Assembly: GCA_027306505.1 (NCBI GenBank)
Contig: DAHUZP010000050.1
Coordinates: 9,363 to 73,362 of the forward strand
From: Thermoplasmata archaeon
Lineage (GTDB): Archaea; Thermoplasmatota; Thermoplasmata; Lutacidiplasmatales; UBA184
DNA: 64,000 nt
Direction of reading: 5' to 3'
Shown: positions 37,271 to 48,929 of the stretch, one piece after another
How positions within the stretch are numbered: the first letter of the stretch is position 1
Layout of the letters: every line of letters begins with the position of its first letter
Translations under genes and position numbers: made by a program
Notes under the pieces: generated by a model
Told to the model about the DNA's origin: nothing
Databases searched by the model: none
What the model saw: the letters and a program-made list of their open reading frames with translations, nothing else

Positions 37271-37686
37271 GCCCGTCCACCCCCCTCCAAGCCGGGGACC
37301 GGCGGACGATCGAGCGCACCTTCACCGTGGAGGAGGTGGAGACCTTCGCCCGTCTCTCCGGCGACACGGGAGAGCAGCACACCCGCGCGGACGCAGAGGG
37401 GCGCCGCATGGTGCACGGGCTGCTGCTCGCCTCCATGCCCACCAAGCTCGGCGGGACCATGAACTTCCTCGCCCGCGACTTCACCTTCGAGTTCCTTCGG
37501 CCGGTCTACACCGGAGAGATCGTGCGGTGCGAGGTGGTCGTGACGTCGGCGGAACCGGTGCCCCGAGGGATCCGGCTCGAATCGGCCTGGGAGTGCGTCC
37601 GCACCTCCACGGGCGAGGTGGTCATGCGGGGACGGGCGAGCGGGCTCGTTCCGCAACGGGGGCCGGGCCACGCGAGCGCCCCGTGA
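37267..37686 (+). CDS. MaoC-like (R)-specific enoyl-CoA hydratase, hot-dog fold
   Basis: The ATG overlaps the upstream stop (ATGA at 37267-37270). FARLSGDTGEQHT ... MVHGLLLASM matches the MaoC dehydratase motif pattern. Confidence 0.85.
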   Translation: MSPSTPLQAGDRRTIERTFTVEEVETFARLSGDTGEQHTRADAEGRRMVHGLLLASMPTKLGGTMNFLARDFTFEFLRPVYTGEIVRCEVVVTSAEPVPRGIRLESAWECVRTSTGEVVMRGRASGLVPQRGPGHASAP

Positions 37687-37729
37687 GGGCCCTCTTATCC
37701 GACCGACCCTCGGACCGATAGGCTGCACC

Positions 37730-38242
37730 GTGCCCGATGTGGCGTTCTACCGTGACCTCTACGCCTACAACCGCAAGGTCCTCGAGAACTTCCTGCGCCG
37801 CCTGGAGAAGCTCCCCGCTCACCGGGCCGAACGGGACCTTGGCTCCGGGCACGGGTCGCTCGCCCGGACGTTCCTGCATGTCGTTCGGGTCCACGACGCC
37901 TGGATCAACTACCTTCTGAAGGAAGACCTCGAAGGGCTCCGATCGAGCCACGAGAGGTTCGCCCGGATGCGCACGGCGCGAGAGGCCCGGCCGTACCTCC
38001 GAGAGTCCTGGAAGGGCATCGACCGTGCCCTTCGGGGGCTGACCCCCGCGAAGCTCAGAGCTCCGGTGAAGGCGCCATGGATGTGAGGGAGGTACACCGT
38101 CGAGGACGCCCTGATCCAGTGCACCTTCGAGCAGGCCCATCACATCGGAGAGATGATCGCGCTCCTCTGGCAGGCGGACGAGGTCCCCCCCCAGATGATG
38201 TGGATACCGATCCGGACCGGACGGCGCGTCCGGGTCGACTGA
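37730..38242 (+). pseudogene. DinB-fold (DinB_2-like) gene interrupted by a single in-frame TGA at 38084-38086
   Basis: The track ORF ends ...KAPWM*. The same frame continues GRYTVEDALIQCTFEQAHHIGEMIALLWQ... to a TGA at 38240-38242. The N-part has the first-His helix (LARTFLHVVRVHDAW) and the C-part has the H-x3-H-x-G-[EQ]-like block. The combined length of 170 codons fits the family. Confidence 0.6.
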
Positions 38243-38329
38243 GACCGGGTTCGTTCCCAAGGGCTTGGGGTGGGCTCCTGGTCCGTTCCCTTGCGGAGCG
38301 CGCTCGGCCAGGGAGGGGAACGCGACGCG

Positions 38330-38875
38330 CTAGGACTCCAGCAGGACGGCTTCCCGCCGCAGCATCCCCTCGGTCTCCTTCTGCTGTTCCACGTCCCTAG
38401 CGTGCTCCTGCCCCATCTTCCGTACGTCGAGGACCTCGATGCGGCGGAAGAGCCACTCGAGCTCATGGAAGACCAAGGGGTCCTTGAGCGAGGTCCTCAG
38501 CTGCTCGACCAGATCGACCGGGCTGCGGATCGCGAGGTAGTAGACCGTGATCCACGTGCCAAAGGCCTCCCAGACCAGCCCCTCGTCCAGGACCTTCCTG
38601 TGCGTGAGCGCCCCGATGAGCTCGAAGAAGGTGAGGACCTCCATGCTGGTGATGTCCTCGTGCGCCGAGGCGAGCAGCTTCTGGGAGAGGTGACGGCGAG
38701 CGGCCCGCATCCGGTCCGAGTCGAAGCGCTCCCTGAGGGTCATCACGGCGTTCGCGGAGTTCAACACCTGGTTCTGCCGGGTCTGCCAGTACATGAGCCC
38801 CAACGTTCCGACCACGAGCGCCCACGTGCCGATGAGGCCCAGCAGGGCGAGGGTCACCGGGTCGATCCCGCTCAA
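38330..38875 (-). CDS. Membrane-anchored hypothetical protein (reminiscent of DUF4760-type proteins)
   Basis: An N-terminal TM (VTLALLGLIGTWALVVGTLGLMYW) followed by a helical soluble domain with balanced composition. The start is uncertain (TTG 38875 or GTG 38857). Confidence 0.55.
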   Translation of the reverse strand: MSGIDPVTLALLGLIGTWALVVGTLGLMYWQTRQNQVLNSANAVMTLRERFDSDRMRAARRHLSQKLLASAHEDITSMEVLTFFELIGALTHRKVLDEGLVWEAFGTWITVYYLAIRSPVDLVEQLRTSLKDPLVFHELEWLFRRIEVLDVRKMGQEHARDVEQQKETEGMLRREAVLLES

Positions 38876-38936
38876 GCCCCACCCCTCTCGCCAAGGTCCC
38901 CTGGACGCCGTTCCGGTCCCAGGTATGCGCTCAGCA

Positions 38937-39485
38937 CTAGCCCCCCTCCCTCACCGCGGCATCGGTGGACGCCCTTGGGGCCAGGTTCCCGCTCGTGCGC
39001 TCCTTGGGCGGGCGCTCGTGGGCGTGGCGAGCTCCGGCGGGGGCACGGGTACCCTTGGTCACCGTGTCCGTGGAAGAGGAACCCCGGAGCCGCTCGAGCT
39101 CCCGCTGGACGCGCGCCCACTCGGCCTTCGGCACGGCGACGGTGTCGCCCCTGCCTCCCTCGACGGGCACGCCGTCCTCCGCCCCATCCTCGTCCTGGTC
39201 GCCCTCCGGTTCCCGCGAGAGCACGAGGGCTGCTCCCGCTACCAGAGCGATGACCCCGATCGCGAGGAAGAGGACCCAGAACGGGGGGACGCCTGCCCGT
39301 GAAGGGGCCTCTCGGAGCGAGTAGGCCAGGAACAAGGAGAGCCCTCCACCGAAGAGGAAGGGCAGGCTCGAGACGAAGCGGTCGCTGACAAACTCCTCTC
39401 CTGAGCCCGAGACCTTGGGGTCCTCCCCTCGCTCCGGGCGGTCCCCACTCTCGCCAGGTTCGGCTTCGGTCGGGTCGCGCGGCAA
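38937..39485 (-). CDS. Hypothetical two-TM membrane protein with acidic/disordered termini
   Basis: Hydrophobic LPFLFGGGLSLFLAY and FWVLFLAIGVIALVAGAALVL, with a short coiled segment AEWARVQRELERLR. TTG start; weak call. Confidence 0.4.
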   Translation of the reverse strand: MPRDPTEAEPGESGDRPERGEDPKVSGSGEEFVSDRFVSSLPFLFGGGLSLFLAYSLREAPSRAGVPPFWVLFLAIGVIALVAGAALVLSREPEGDQDEDGAEDGVPVEGGRGDTVAVPKAEWARVQRELERLRGSSSTDTVTKGTRAPAGARHAHERPPKERTSGNLAPRASTDAAVREGG

Positions 39486-39520
39486 GGAGGACCAGCCCCC
39501 GTGGACCTACGCGAACGTGG

Positions 39521-39526
39521 TATAAT
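39521..39526 (+). promoter_or_regulatory. TATA-like element (TATAAT) ~34 nt upstream of the ATG at 39557
   Basis: The only AT-rich hexamer in the 72-nt divergent intergenic region. Confidence 0.35.
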
Positions 39527-39556
39527 CGCCCTCCGCTCCGTGCAAGCTCCCTGGGC

Positions 39557-40231
39557 ATGACGACGGTGAAGGTCCTCGCGACCCACGAAGTGGTCCAACA
39601 CCTCTTCCCCCGTCCCCCGGCGACCGAGCTCGACGAGCTCCGGCGCGCGACGGGCAAGGCGATCGATCACGCGCTCTCCCAGTGGAGCCACGCCCATCGG
39701 CAGGGCCTGCGGCTCACCAGCACCGCGGTCCAGCGCCTCGCCAGGGAGACCCTCGACGAGGACCTGAAGGATGCGGACGTGGTGCTCACCCCGGAACAAC
39801 TCACCGAAGCGGAACGGCAGATCGTCGGGGTGCTCCAGGCCTTCCGAAAGAGCGAGGTGTTCGGCCTCTCGCGCCCACGCACCCGGCTCGTCCTCCTCGA
39901 CGGGGAGGTGGGGGTCTACGCGCAGCCGGACTACTGGGACGGGGCCCGACGATTCTACGAGATGAAGAGCTTCCGGGCGGTCCCGACGCCCCCCGACGTG
40001 GGGCTCCAGGTCTCCGTCTTCCAGCTGGCCTTCCCCGGCTTCGCCTCATTCCTCGCCTGCTTCGACCGCCATCGGAACCCCGTGGAGACCACCATCGTGG
40101 AGGTCGCCCAGCCCGCCCCGGAAGTGCGGCAGGAGCTCCTGGTCACGCTCCAGCGGGTCGGGCGGGAGCTCGGTCAGCCCAAGGTCCTCGAGTACATCGA
40201 CACCGAGAAGGTGCACTACAAGATCGGGTAG
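39557..40231 (+). CDS. Hypothetical protein with PD-(D/E)xK nuclease-like core
   Basis: YAQPDYWDGARRFYEMKSF gives a D ... E-x-K arrangement after a beta-strand-like LVLLDGEVGV. No Cys cluster (so not a Cas4-type Fe-S protein). Balanced composition. Confidence 0.5.
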   Translation: MTTVKVLATHEVVQHLFPRPPATELDELRRATGKAIDHALSQWSHAHRQGLRLTSTAVQRLARETLDEDLKDADVVLTPEQLTEAERQIVGVLQAFRKSEVFGLSRPRTRLVLLDGEVGVYAQPDYWDGARRFYEMKSFRAVPTPPDVGLQVSVFQLAFPGFASFLACFDRHRNPVETTIVEVAQPAPEVRQELLVTLQRVGRELGQPKVLEYIDTEKVHYKIG

Positions 40232-40338
40232 GACCCGAGCCGAAGACCTCTGCGTGAGCGACTGGCCACGTCCCACGAGAGGTGGGAGACGCTCGGTCAA
40301 GGGTTTTCTGTGCCGGAACAGGGGTGGTGGAGGAACGC

Positions 40339-41538
40339 ATGGAGACCCTACGCATCGCCTTCGTGTCCTCCCACCATCCAGAGGAACGGGGGATGGGCCT
40401 CGCCCACATCGTCTCCTGGCTGTCCCGCTGCATGGCGGACTGGGGACACGCGACCCGCGTGTACTACCCGATCGACGACCTGGGCGGCACGAAGAGGGAG
40501 GCCGAGAAGGGGACCTTCGGCAAGGTCGAGACGGTGGGGGTCCCCGCGCCACGGACCTCCCACGTGCCCTTCGGACCGGAGCGAGCCTTCTCCTCCCGGG
40601 TCGCGAAGCTCCTGCGCGATGACCTAGACGTGGTCGTCGTGAACAACGAACAGGGAGGGGCGAACGTCGTCCGAAAGGCCCTCAAACTGGATCGGGGCGG
40701 GGGCCGAGGGGCGCCGCTCGCCGTCGACGTGCTCCACGGGCTCGGGGTACGGTTCCTCGAGGTCGGGCGGGCGGTGCGACCGCACACGCTGCGGACCTAC
40801 CACGTGGGATACCTAGCGGACCGGCTCTTCCTGATGCGGCTCGAGGGAAGAGGCGCCCGGGCCTGCGAGGTCTGCGTCGCCTGCTCGAAGGCGGTCCAAG
40901 AGGACCTGGTCAGGGTCTATGGCGTCGATCCCGAGAGGACCCACGTCATCTACAACGGGGTCGAGCCCCAACCTCATCGGACCCGGGAGGACCAGGCGAA
41001 GGCCCGGGCAGAGCTCGGGATCTCGGGGTCGACCAAGGTCCTGACCTTCCTGGGTCGTGATCCCTACCGCAAGGGTCTCGACATCGCCCAGGGGGCCGTG
41101 GCGCGGCTGCGGAAGGACGGGGTCGATGTCGTCCTCCTGAACGCGGGCAACGACGTGCCCTCCACCGATGGGGTCCGCGCCTTCGGGTCCGTGCCGGAGG
41201 TCCTGCGGTCGGCCCTGATGGATGCCTGCGACGCGTTCTTCCTGCCCACGCGGTACGAGGGCTTCCCAGCGGTCGTCCAGGAGGCCGCCGCGCGCGGCAT
41301 CCCCGTGATCACCAGCCGGGAGGCGAACGTGGAGCTGGGGCGGCCAGGGGTGGACTTCGTCGAGGTCCGCCCGAACTCGCTCAGCGCGAACATCCTCGCC
41401 GTCCGTCAAGCGCTCGAAGACCCCCAGCTCTGGGAGATGGGGGCCCGCGGTCGCTCGACCTTCGGGACCCGGGCGTACGAGACCCAGGCCAGGGAGTACC
41501 TCGAGCTGTTCCACCAGGGGCTGGAGACCTCCGACTAG
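40339..41538 (+). CDS. Glycosyltransferase family 4
   Basis: METLRIAFVSSHHPEERGMGLAHIV..., with C-terminal FFLPTRYEGFPAVVQEAAARGIPVI (E-x7-E-type GT4 motif). The ATG at 40339 is preceded by GGAGG. Confidence 0.8.
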   Translation: METLRIAFVSSHHPEERGMGLAHIVSWLSRCMADWGHATRVYYPIDDLGGTKREAEKGTFGKVETVGVPAPRTSHVPFGPERAFSSRVAKLLRDDLDVVVVNNEQGGANVVRKALKLDRGGGRGAPLAVDVLHGLGVRFLEVGRAVRPHTLRTYHVGYLADRLFLMRLEGRGARACEVCVACSKAVQEDLVRVYGVDPERTHVIYNGVEPQPHRTREDQAKARAELGISGSTKVLTFLGRDPYRKGLDIAQGAVARLRKDGVDVVLLNAGNDVPSTDGVRAFGSVPEVLRSALMDACDAFFLPTRYEGFPAVVQEAAARGIPVITSREANVELGRPGVDFVEVRPNSLSANILAVRQALEDPQLWEMGARGRSTFGTRAYETQAREYLELFHQGLETSD

Positions 41539-42083
41539 CTGGGCGGGCGCTCGCTGGAGGGGTCCCCGAGCTCCTCCAACCGCCAGAGCTTCGGGTCGAG
41601 CGCCCTCCCGCGGGGTCCCCCTCGCCGGACCGGATGGACGATCCTCCACTCCACGCCCTCCGGCAGGAGACCGCTCTCGAGCATCGCGAGCGACTCGCGC
41701 AGGTGCCGGCGCAACGGCTCGAAGGCCTCCCTCCCCGGGGCACCGCTCGAGGGGACCGCGGGACGGAGCTCGCGGACCTTGCCCTCTTCCATGCACCAGA
41801 CGCCGACCACCTGGGCCGCCGCAGGGGCCGCACGGGCGAGGACCTTCTCCGCGAGGCTGCGTCGTGGGAGCAGCAGGGCGACCCAGTCGCCCCAACCCCG
41901 GCGGATGAGGGCCTGGTGGAAGACCCTCTTCCAGTCGGCGACCTTGAGCTCGACCAGACCGACCTCCTCCCCCTTGAGAGCGATGGCATCGAAGTAGTCG
42001 GTTCCGTCCGGGTCGAAGAAGAGCCGGTAGCCCCTCGGCTCCAGGTGAGCGGCCAGAGGGCCCCGCAGCTCCACCTCCTTCAT
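41535..42083 (-). CDS. Small restriction-endonuclease-fold (PD-(D/E)xK; Hjc/YraN/NucS-C-like) protein, last gene of the mutS-mutL operon
   Basis: LAAHLEPRGYRLFFDPDGTDYFDAIALKGEEVGLVELKVADWKRVFHQAL shows helix, D, E-L-K, then a Q-containing helix. Its ATG lies 7 nt after the GNAT stop. Confidence 0.5.
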   Translation of the reverse strand: MKEVELRGPLAAHLEPRGYRLFFDPDGTDYFDAIALKGEEVGLVELKVADWKRVFHQALIRRGWGDWVALLLPRRSLAEKVLARAAPAAAQVVGVWCMEEGKVRELRPAVPSSGAPGREAFEPLRRHLRESLAMLESGLLPEGVEWRIVHPVRRGGPRGRALDPKLWRLEELGDPSSERPPS

Positions 42084-42090
42084 GGAGCGC

Positions 42091-43029
42091 TCAGAGCTCG
42101 ACCTCGTAGAGCTGGATGCGCTCGCCCCAGAACGCCTGCTCGCCGCTCACCCAGCCCCGTTCCTGGAGCGCCCCCAGCCATGGACCCGCAACGGGCAGGA
42201 AGCCTTCGAGCAGGGAGCCGTCCTGCGCGGTCTTCTCGCACGCGGTCTCGAAGATCTCCACGGCGGCCGTGCCCAGCGGGGCGAGGAGGCGAAGCTGGGA
42301 CTCCGAGGTCCGCCCCGAGGTGGCGGGGGGCCCCAGGAGGCAGAGCCCCTCTCGAGGGTCCTTCCCGACGACGCCGAGGGTCCCCTCCTTGGCCTCCCGA
42401 AGCAGCCGTTCCCTGGTCGCGCGGACGAACCGCATGGGGCGCGGTACGGTCGTGAGGAGGTAGCCTCCGAGAGCTCGGACCCCCTCGAGGGATCCCGGCT
42501 CGGGGACCTCCGGTTCCGTCGGAGGACGCATCGCTCGCGGTGCGCCGATCTGACCTCCTGTCGTTCGTCCCACCACGTGGCTCATCGCCGCGACGGACCG
42601 GAAGCCGAGCCGGCGGGCGAGGGCCCTGGAGGCGGTGTTCTCGTCCTCGATGATGAGGCGCACGCTGCTCATCCCGAGCTCGCGGGCGACCTCGAGCCCC
42701 CAGTGGGTCAACCTGCGACCCCACCCTTCCCTCCTCCGTTCGGGGGCGACCCGGATCGCCCCGATCCACCCTTCCCCCTCCTCCAGGTCGTCGAGCCGCA
42801 GAAGAGCGACGAGCTCCTTCCCGTCGAAGGCCCCGAGGACCCCCCTCGCCCGGAGCCACCGGTCCAGGATCGGGAGCAGGTAGTCGTGCGGCACGGCCCG
42901 TTGAAGGAGGCCCTCGATCACCGGGCGGTCGCGGGACGCCTCCAGCTCCCGGAAGGTGTCCCTGCCCTCGAGCAGGGGCCCCGGTCCCTTGCGCGCTCGC
43001 AACCCCTTCTCCGGCCGGGGCGCGCTCAT
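42091..43029 (-). CDS. GNAT-family N-acetyltransferase with an extra C-terminal domain
   Basis: IRVAPERRREGWGRRLTHWGLEVARELGMSSVRLIIEDENTASRALARRLGF is a classic acetyl-CoA-binding A motif. The ATG at 43029 overlaps the mutL stop (ATGA). Confidence 0.75.
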   Translation of the reverse strand: MSAPRPEKGLRARKGPGPLLEGRDTFRELEASRDRPVIEGLLQRAVPHDYLLPILDRWLRARGVLGAFDGKELVALLRLDDLEEGEGWIGAIRVAPERRREGWGRRLTHWGLEVARELGMSSVRLIIEDENTASRALARRLGFRSVAAMSHVVGRTTGGQIGAPRAMRPPTEPEVPEPGSLEGVRALGGYLLTTVPRPMRFVRATRERLLREAKEGTLGVVGKDPREGLCLLGPPATSGRTSESQLRLLAPLGTAAVEIFETACEKTAQDGSLLEGFLPVAGPWLGALQERGWVSGEQAFWGERIQLYEVEL

Positions 43030-44974
43030 GGTCGAAGGAACCACCGGTCCAGCCGGTCCCGGGGAAGGGTGAGGAGGATGGGGCGGCCGTGCGGGCAGGT
43101 GAAGCTCTCCGGACAGCTGTAGAGCTCCTCGAGGAGCTTCTGCATCTCCGGAAGGGTGAGGACGTCACCCCCGCGGATCGCGAGGTGGCAGGCGGTGGTC
43201 TTCGCGACCTTCTCCCAGAGCGGGTCCCCCGGGGACGTGCGTCCACCGTCCGCGAGCTCGTCGAGCAGGCGGACCAGGGCGTCCGGCCGCGCCCTGTGTC
43301 CGCGGAAGTACGGGACGGCGTGCACACGGAGGACCCTGGGCCCGAAGGGCTCGAGCGAGAACCCGACCTTGGCCAGCTCTCCCCCGTACGACTCGAGGGC
43401 CGCCCGTTGGCGGGGAGTGGGATCGACCTCGAAGGGGCTCAGGAGCTCCTGCCGCGCGGGGGTCTCCGAGGACCGCAGGCGCTCGTAGAGGATGCGCTCG
43501 CTCGCGGCGTGGGCGTCGATCAGGACGATCGAACGGGAAGGCCCCGGTAGCGGCCGCAGGTCCTCCCCCAGCGTCTCTCCCACGAGGTAGAGGTCGCCCA
43601 CCTGCCCGAGGAGCCGAAGGGGAGGGTGCACCGAGGTGCCCGCGACCACGACGGCTCCCGCGACGGACCCGTCGTCGAGCGGGCGCGGTGGGCGGGGACC
43701 TGACGGGCCCACACCCGGCGGAGATGTGGACGAGAGGGCGAGGGTGGGAGGAGAGGGAGGTGAAAGGGGAGCGGAGGTGGGAGAGGCGAGAGGCGAGGAG
43801 GCCCCCGAGGCGGGCCGCCAAGGGACGGCGCCGAGCGACCCGGACCCCTCCGTGAGCGTGCCGAGAGTGCGCGGAGGAGAGAACGCCCCCCTCACCGGGG
43901 GAGCCAGGCCGCGGGGTTGGTCCCTGAGCTTCGCGCGGATGAGGTTCTGCAGCGCCTCACGGACCTCCGACTCCCGCTCGAACCGCACCTCCCGCTTCGT
44001 GGGATGCACGTTGACATCGACGCGGCCGGGCTCCGTCGTGAGATGGAGCACCACCACCGGGAACCTCCCCTGGGGGAGCACCTCGTGGTAGGCGAAGCGG
44101 ACCCCATCCTGCAGCGGCTTCGAGGAGATGACCCGGCCGTCGACGCACAGCACGATCCCTCGGGCGGTGCCGCGAGAGAACGAGGGATGGGAGGCGACCC
44201 CTTCCACCCAGAGGCCGGGCCCGGCCGCGCCCTGGAAGTCGAAGGCCCCGGTCAGGAAGGGCGCTCCAAAGACCCGGGCCGCCGCTTCCCGAAGCGAGCG
44301 GGCCAGGGCGTAACGGGTCTCGGCCCTCTCGCCCACGCGCAGGGAGAAGGTGGTCCCCGGGTGCGCGAGATAGAGCCCCTCGATGAGCTCGATGATGCGA
44401 AGGGACTCCGTCGTCTCCGACTTGAGGAACTTGCGTCGTGCCGGGGTGTTGAAGAAGAGCCCGCGGACCTCCACGGTCGTCCCCGGAGCACGGGCCGCCG
44501 GTCGCACCTCCCCCAATCGGCCCCCTTTCGAACTCAGGGAGCGGGCCTCGGGGGCGCCGGGGACCCGGCTCGTGATCTCCACCTCGCTCACCGCGGCGAT
44601 GGAGGCAAGGGCCTCCCCCCGGAACCCGAGGGTCCTCACCGAGGGAAGGTCGCTGGCGCTGGAGAGCTTGCTCGTGGCATGGCGCTCAAAGGCGAGCGGC
44701 AGGTCCTCCGGTGAGATGCCCCCACCATCGTCGGTGACCTCGAGACGCTCGAGCCCGCCACCCTCCACCCGGACGCGGACCTCGCCCGCACCAGCGTCGA
44801 GCGAGTTCTCGACGAGCTCCTTCACCACCGAGGCCGGCCGCTCGATCACCTCCCCCGCCGCGATCTCGCGCACGGTCCTCTCGTCCAGCGCGACGATCCT
44901 GCGGCGAGCGGGGCCCGCCGGAGCGTCCGTGCCGGACCCGGGGGCCGCCGGTCGCCCCCACGGGCGCTCCAGGG

Positions 44975-44978
<4 letters not shown>
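43026..44978 (-). CDS. mutL: DNA mismatch repair protein MutL (endonuclease-proficient type)
   Basis: GHKL ATPase N-terminus (VVKELVENSLDAGA ... DDGGGI). C-terminal endonuclease motifs DAHAASERILYE (DQHA-x2-E-x4-E type), ACHLAIRGG and CPHGRP. Confidence 0.95.
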
Positions 44979-47692
<2,714 letters not shown>

Positions 47693-47700
47693 AGGGCGAG

Positions 47701-48456
47701 GTGAGGCACGAGCGGGTTATGAACGTGCGAGCGCAGCCCCGACCCATGCCCAGGACCCGAGACCGCCAGGACGCTCAGGCGTCCGCCCAGGGGGCGCCCG
47801 AACGGGTCCCCGGCGAGTTCGACGGGGACGTGGATGCCCTCACCGTGCATCGGCGGGTGGCGCTCTCGGCGAAGGCCCTGGACAACCTGAGGCGCCGCAA
47901 GCGCTCGGGAGCCGCTTTCGGTGCGGCGGTCCGAGTCGAGGACGACCGCCGGCGGGTCCTCCTCGTCCGGCTGCACCGAGAGACCGGGTGGACCGACGAG
48001 TGGATGACGCCCGGGGGCGGGAGCGAGCCCGGGGAGACCCCCTATGACACCGCCCGGCGAGAGGTCCGGGAAGAGACCGCGGTCCGGGTCCGGGGTCTAC
48101 GACTGTGGAAAGTGTTGCGCAACACCTACTTCGACCGTCAAGGGCGAGAGGCCCGCTTCAACTTCTATCAGTTCACGGCACGCTATCGGGCGGGGCCGGT
48201 GCGTACGCTCGTGCCCGAGGAGATCGCGGAGGTCCGTTGGTTCCATCGGCTGCCCCAGGCGATGGCCTTCCGGGAGGACTGGCTCCGGCCGCCCCAGGTC
48301 CGAGAGCGGAGGGGGGCGCGCAGGTTCAACCGAAGGGGCGGGGGGTCCGGTCCCTACAGAGGGCGGCCACCGGCTCGAGCTTCAGGTTCAACCGTTCGAC
48401 CCACCCGGAAAGGTCCCCTTCGGAAAGGGGAGCGGGGTCCTCCAGGTCGATCTTGA
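47701..48456 (+). CDS. NUDIX hydrolase
   Basis: Nudix box GGGSEPGETPYDTARREVREETAV. The true start is probably downstream of 47701 (ATGs at 47719 and 47746). The Arg/Gly-rich C-terminal tail overlaps the convergent gene. Confidence 0.7.
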   Translation: MRHERVMNVRAQPRPMPRTRDRQDAQASAQGAPERVPGEFDGDVDALTVHRRVALSAKALDNLRRRKRSGAAFGAAVRVEDDRRRVLLVRLHRETGWTDEWMTPGGGSEPGETPYDTARREVREETAVRVRGLRLWKVLRNTYFDRQGREARFNFYQFTARYRAGPVRTLVPEEIAEVRWFHRLPQAMAFREDWLRPPQVRERRGARRFNRRGGGSGPYRGRPPARASGSTVRPTRKGPLRKGERGPPGRS

Positions 48457-48748
48457 GGTCGACCTTCGGGGCGAGCCAGTCGGGCAAGACCGCGTCCGCG
48501 GGGACCGACACCGCGATCACGACCCGCATGAAGCTCACCAGGTCCTTCTCCACCCCGCGGGTGGTCTCCTCAGGGGGGCGGAAGCCCAGCGCCGTGAGCG
48601 TAGGAGCTACGCGGGGATCCGGCGCCGCCGCCGGTTGAAGCCCCGCCGAGGTGGACCTCCAGCCCCGGGGAGCCTGGGCGTTGAACATCGCCTCGGCCAG
48701 ACGGGAGGCCAGAGCGTGGTCCCGACAGAAGAACAGACAGGTCGGCAC
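48326..48748 (-). CDS. LMW-PTP/ArsC-fold protein with degenerate P-loop
   Basis: CLFFCRDHALASRLAEAMF aligns with the V-x-F-x-C-x-G-N-x-C-R-S-x-x-A-E block but lacks the Gly/Asn/second Cys/Arg. SAG and the DLEDPA region are conserved, as in ArsC/LMW-PTP. Confidence 0.5.
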   Translation of the reverse strand: MPTCLFFCRDHALASRLAEAMFNAQAPRGWRSTSAGLQPAAAPDPRVAPTLTALGFRPPEETTRGVEKDLVSFMRVVIAVSVPADAVLPDWLAPKVDLKIDLEDPAPLSEGDLSGWVERLNLKLEPVAALCRDRTPRPFG

Positions 48749-48814
48749 GGGAGGGCCGATAGGCTCCCTCGGATTAATGCGACCCCCCAGAGGAACGGAG
48801 TGGGTAATGGGGGA

Positions 48815-48897
48815 CGCTGAGGGGGAGATTTGAACTCCCGAGGGGTTGCCCCACCGGCTTTCAAGGCCGGCGCCTTACCGGGCTAGGCTACCTCAGC
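48815..48897 (-). tRNA. tRNA-Ser (anticodon UGA), class II with long variable arm
   Basis: Hand-folded. Acceptor GCUGAGG/CCUCAGC. D arm GCC...GGC. Anticodon stem CCGGC/GCCGG with loop CUUGAAA. Variable arm UGGGGCAACCCCUC. T arm GGGAG-UUCAAAU-CUCCC. Discriminator G. No encoded CCA. Confidence 0.9.
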
Positions 48898-48923
48898 GCG
48901 GGGAGGCCCAACGCGTCCAGCGC

Positions 48924-48929
48924 AAATAG
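48924..48929 (-). promoter_or_regulatory. TATA-like element (CTATTT on the minus strand) ~29 nt upstream of tRNA-Ser
   Basis: An AT-rich hexamer at the expected archaeal TATA-to-TSS distance from the tRNA 5' end. Confidence 0.35.

Noticed and set aside
38084-38086. Selenocysteine, or genome-wide UGA reassignment, as an explanation for the in-frame TGA in the DinB-fold gene.
   Set aside because: TGA clearly terminates many neighbouring genes at homologue-consistent lengths (tkt, pgl, mutL, the DUF62 gene and others), so global recoding is excluded. Sec is restricted to a few archaeal lineages. I see no Cys-type redox motif at the site and no Sec machinery in the window. A nonsense mutation or a sequencing error is more parsimonious.
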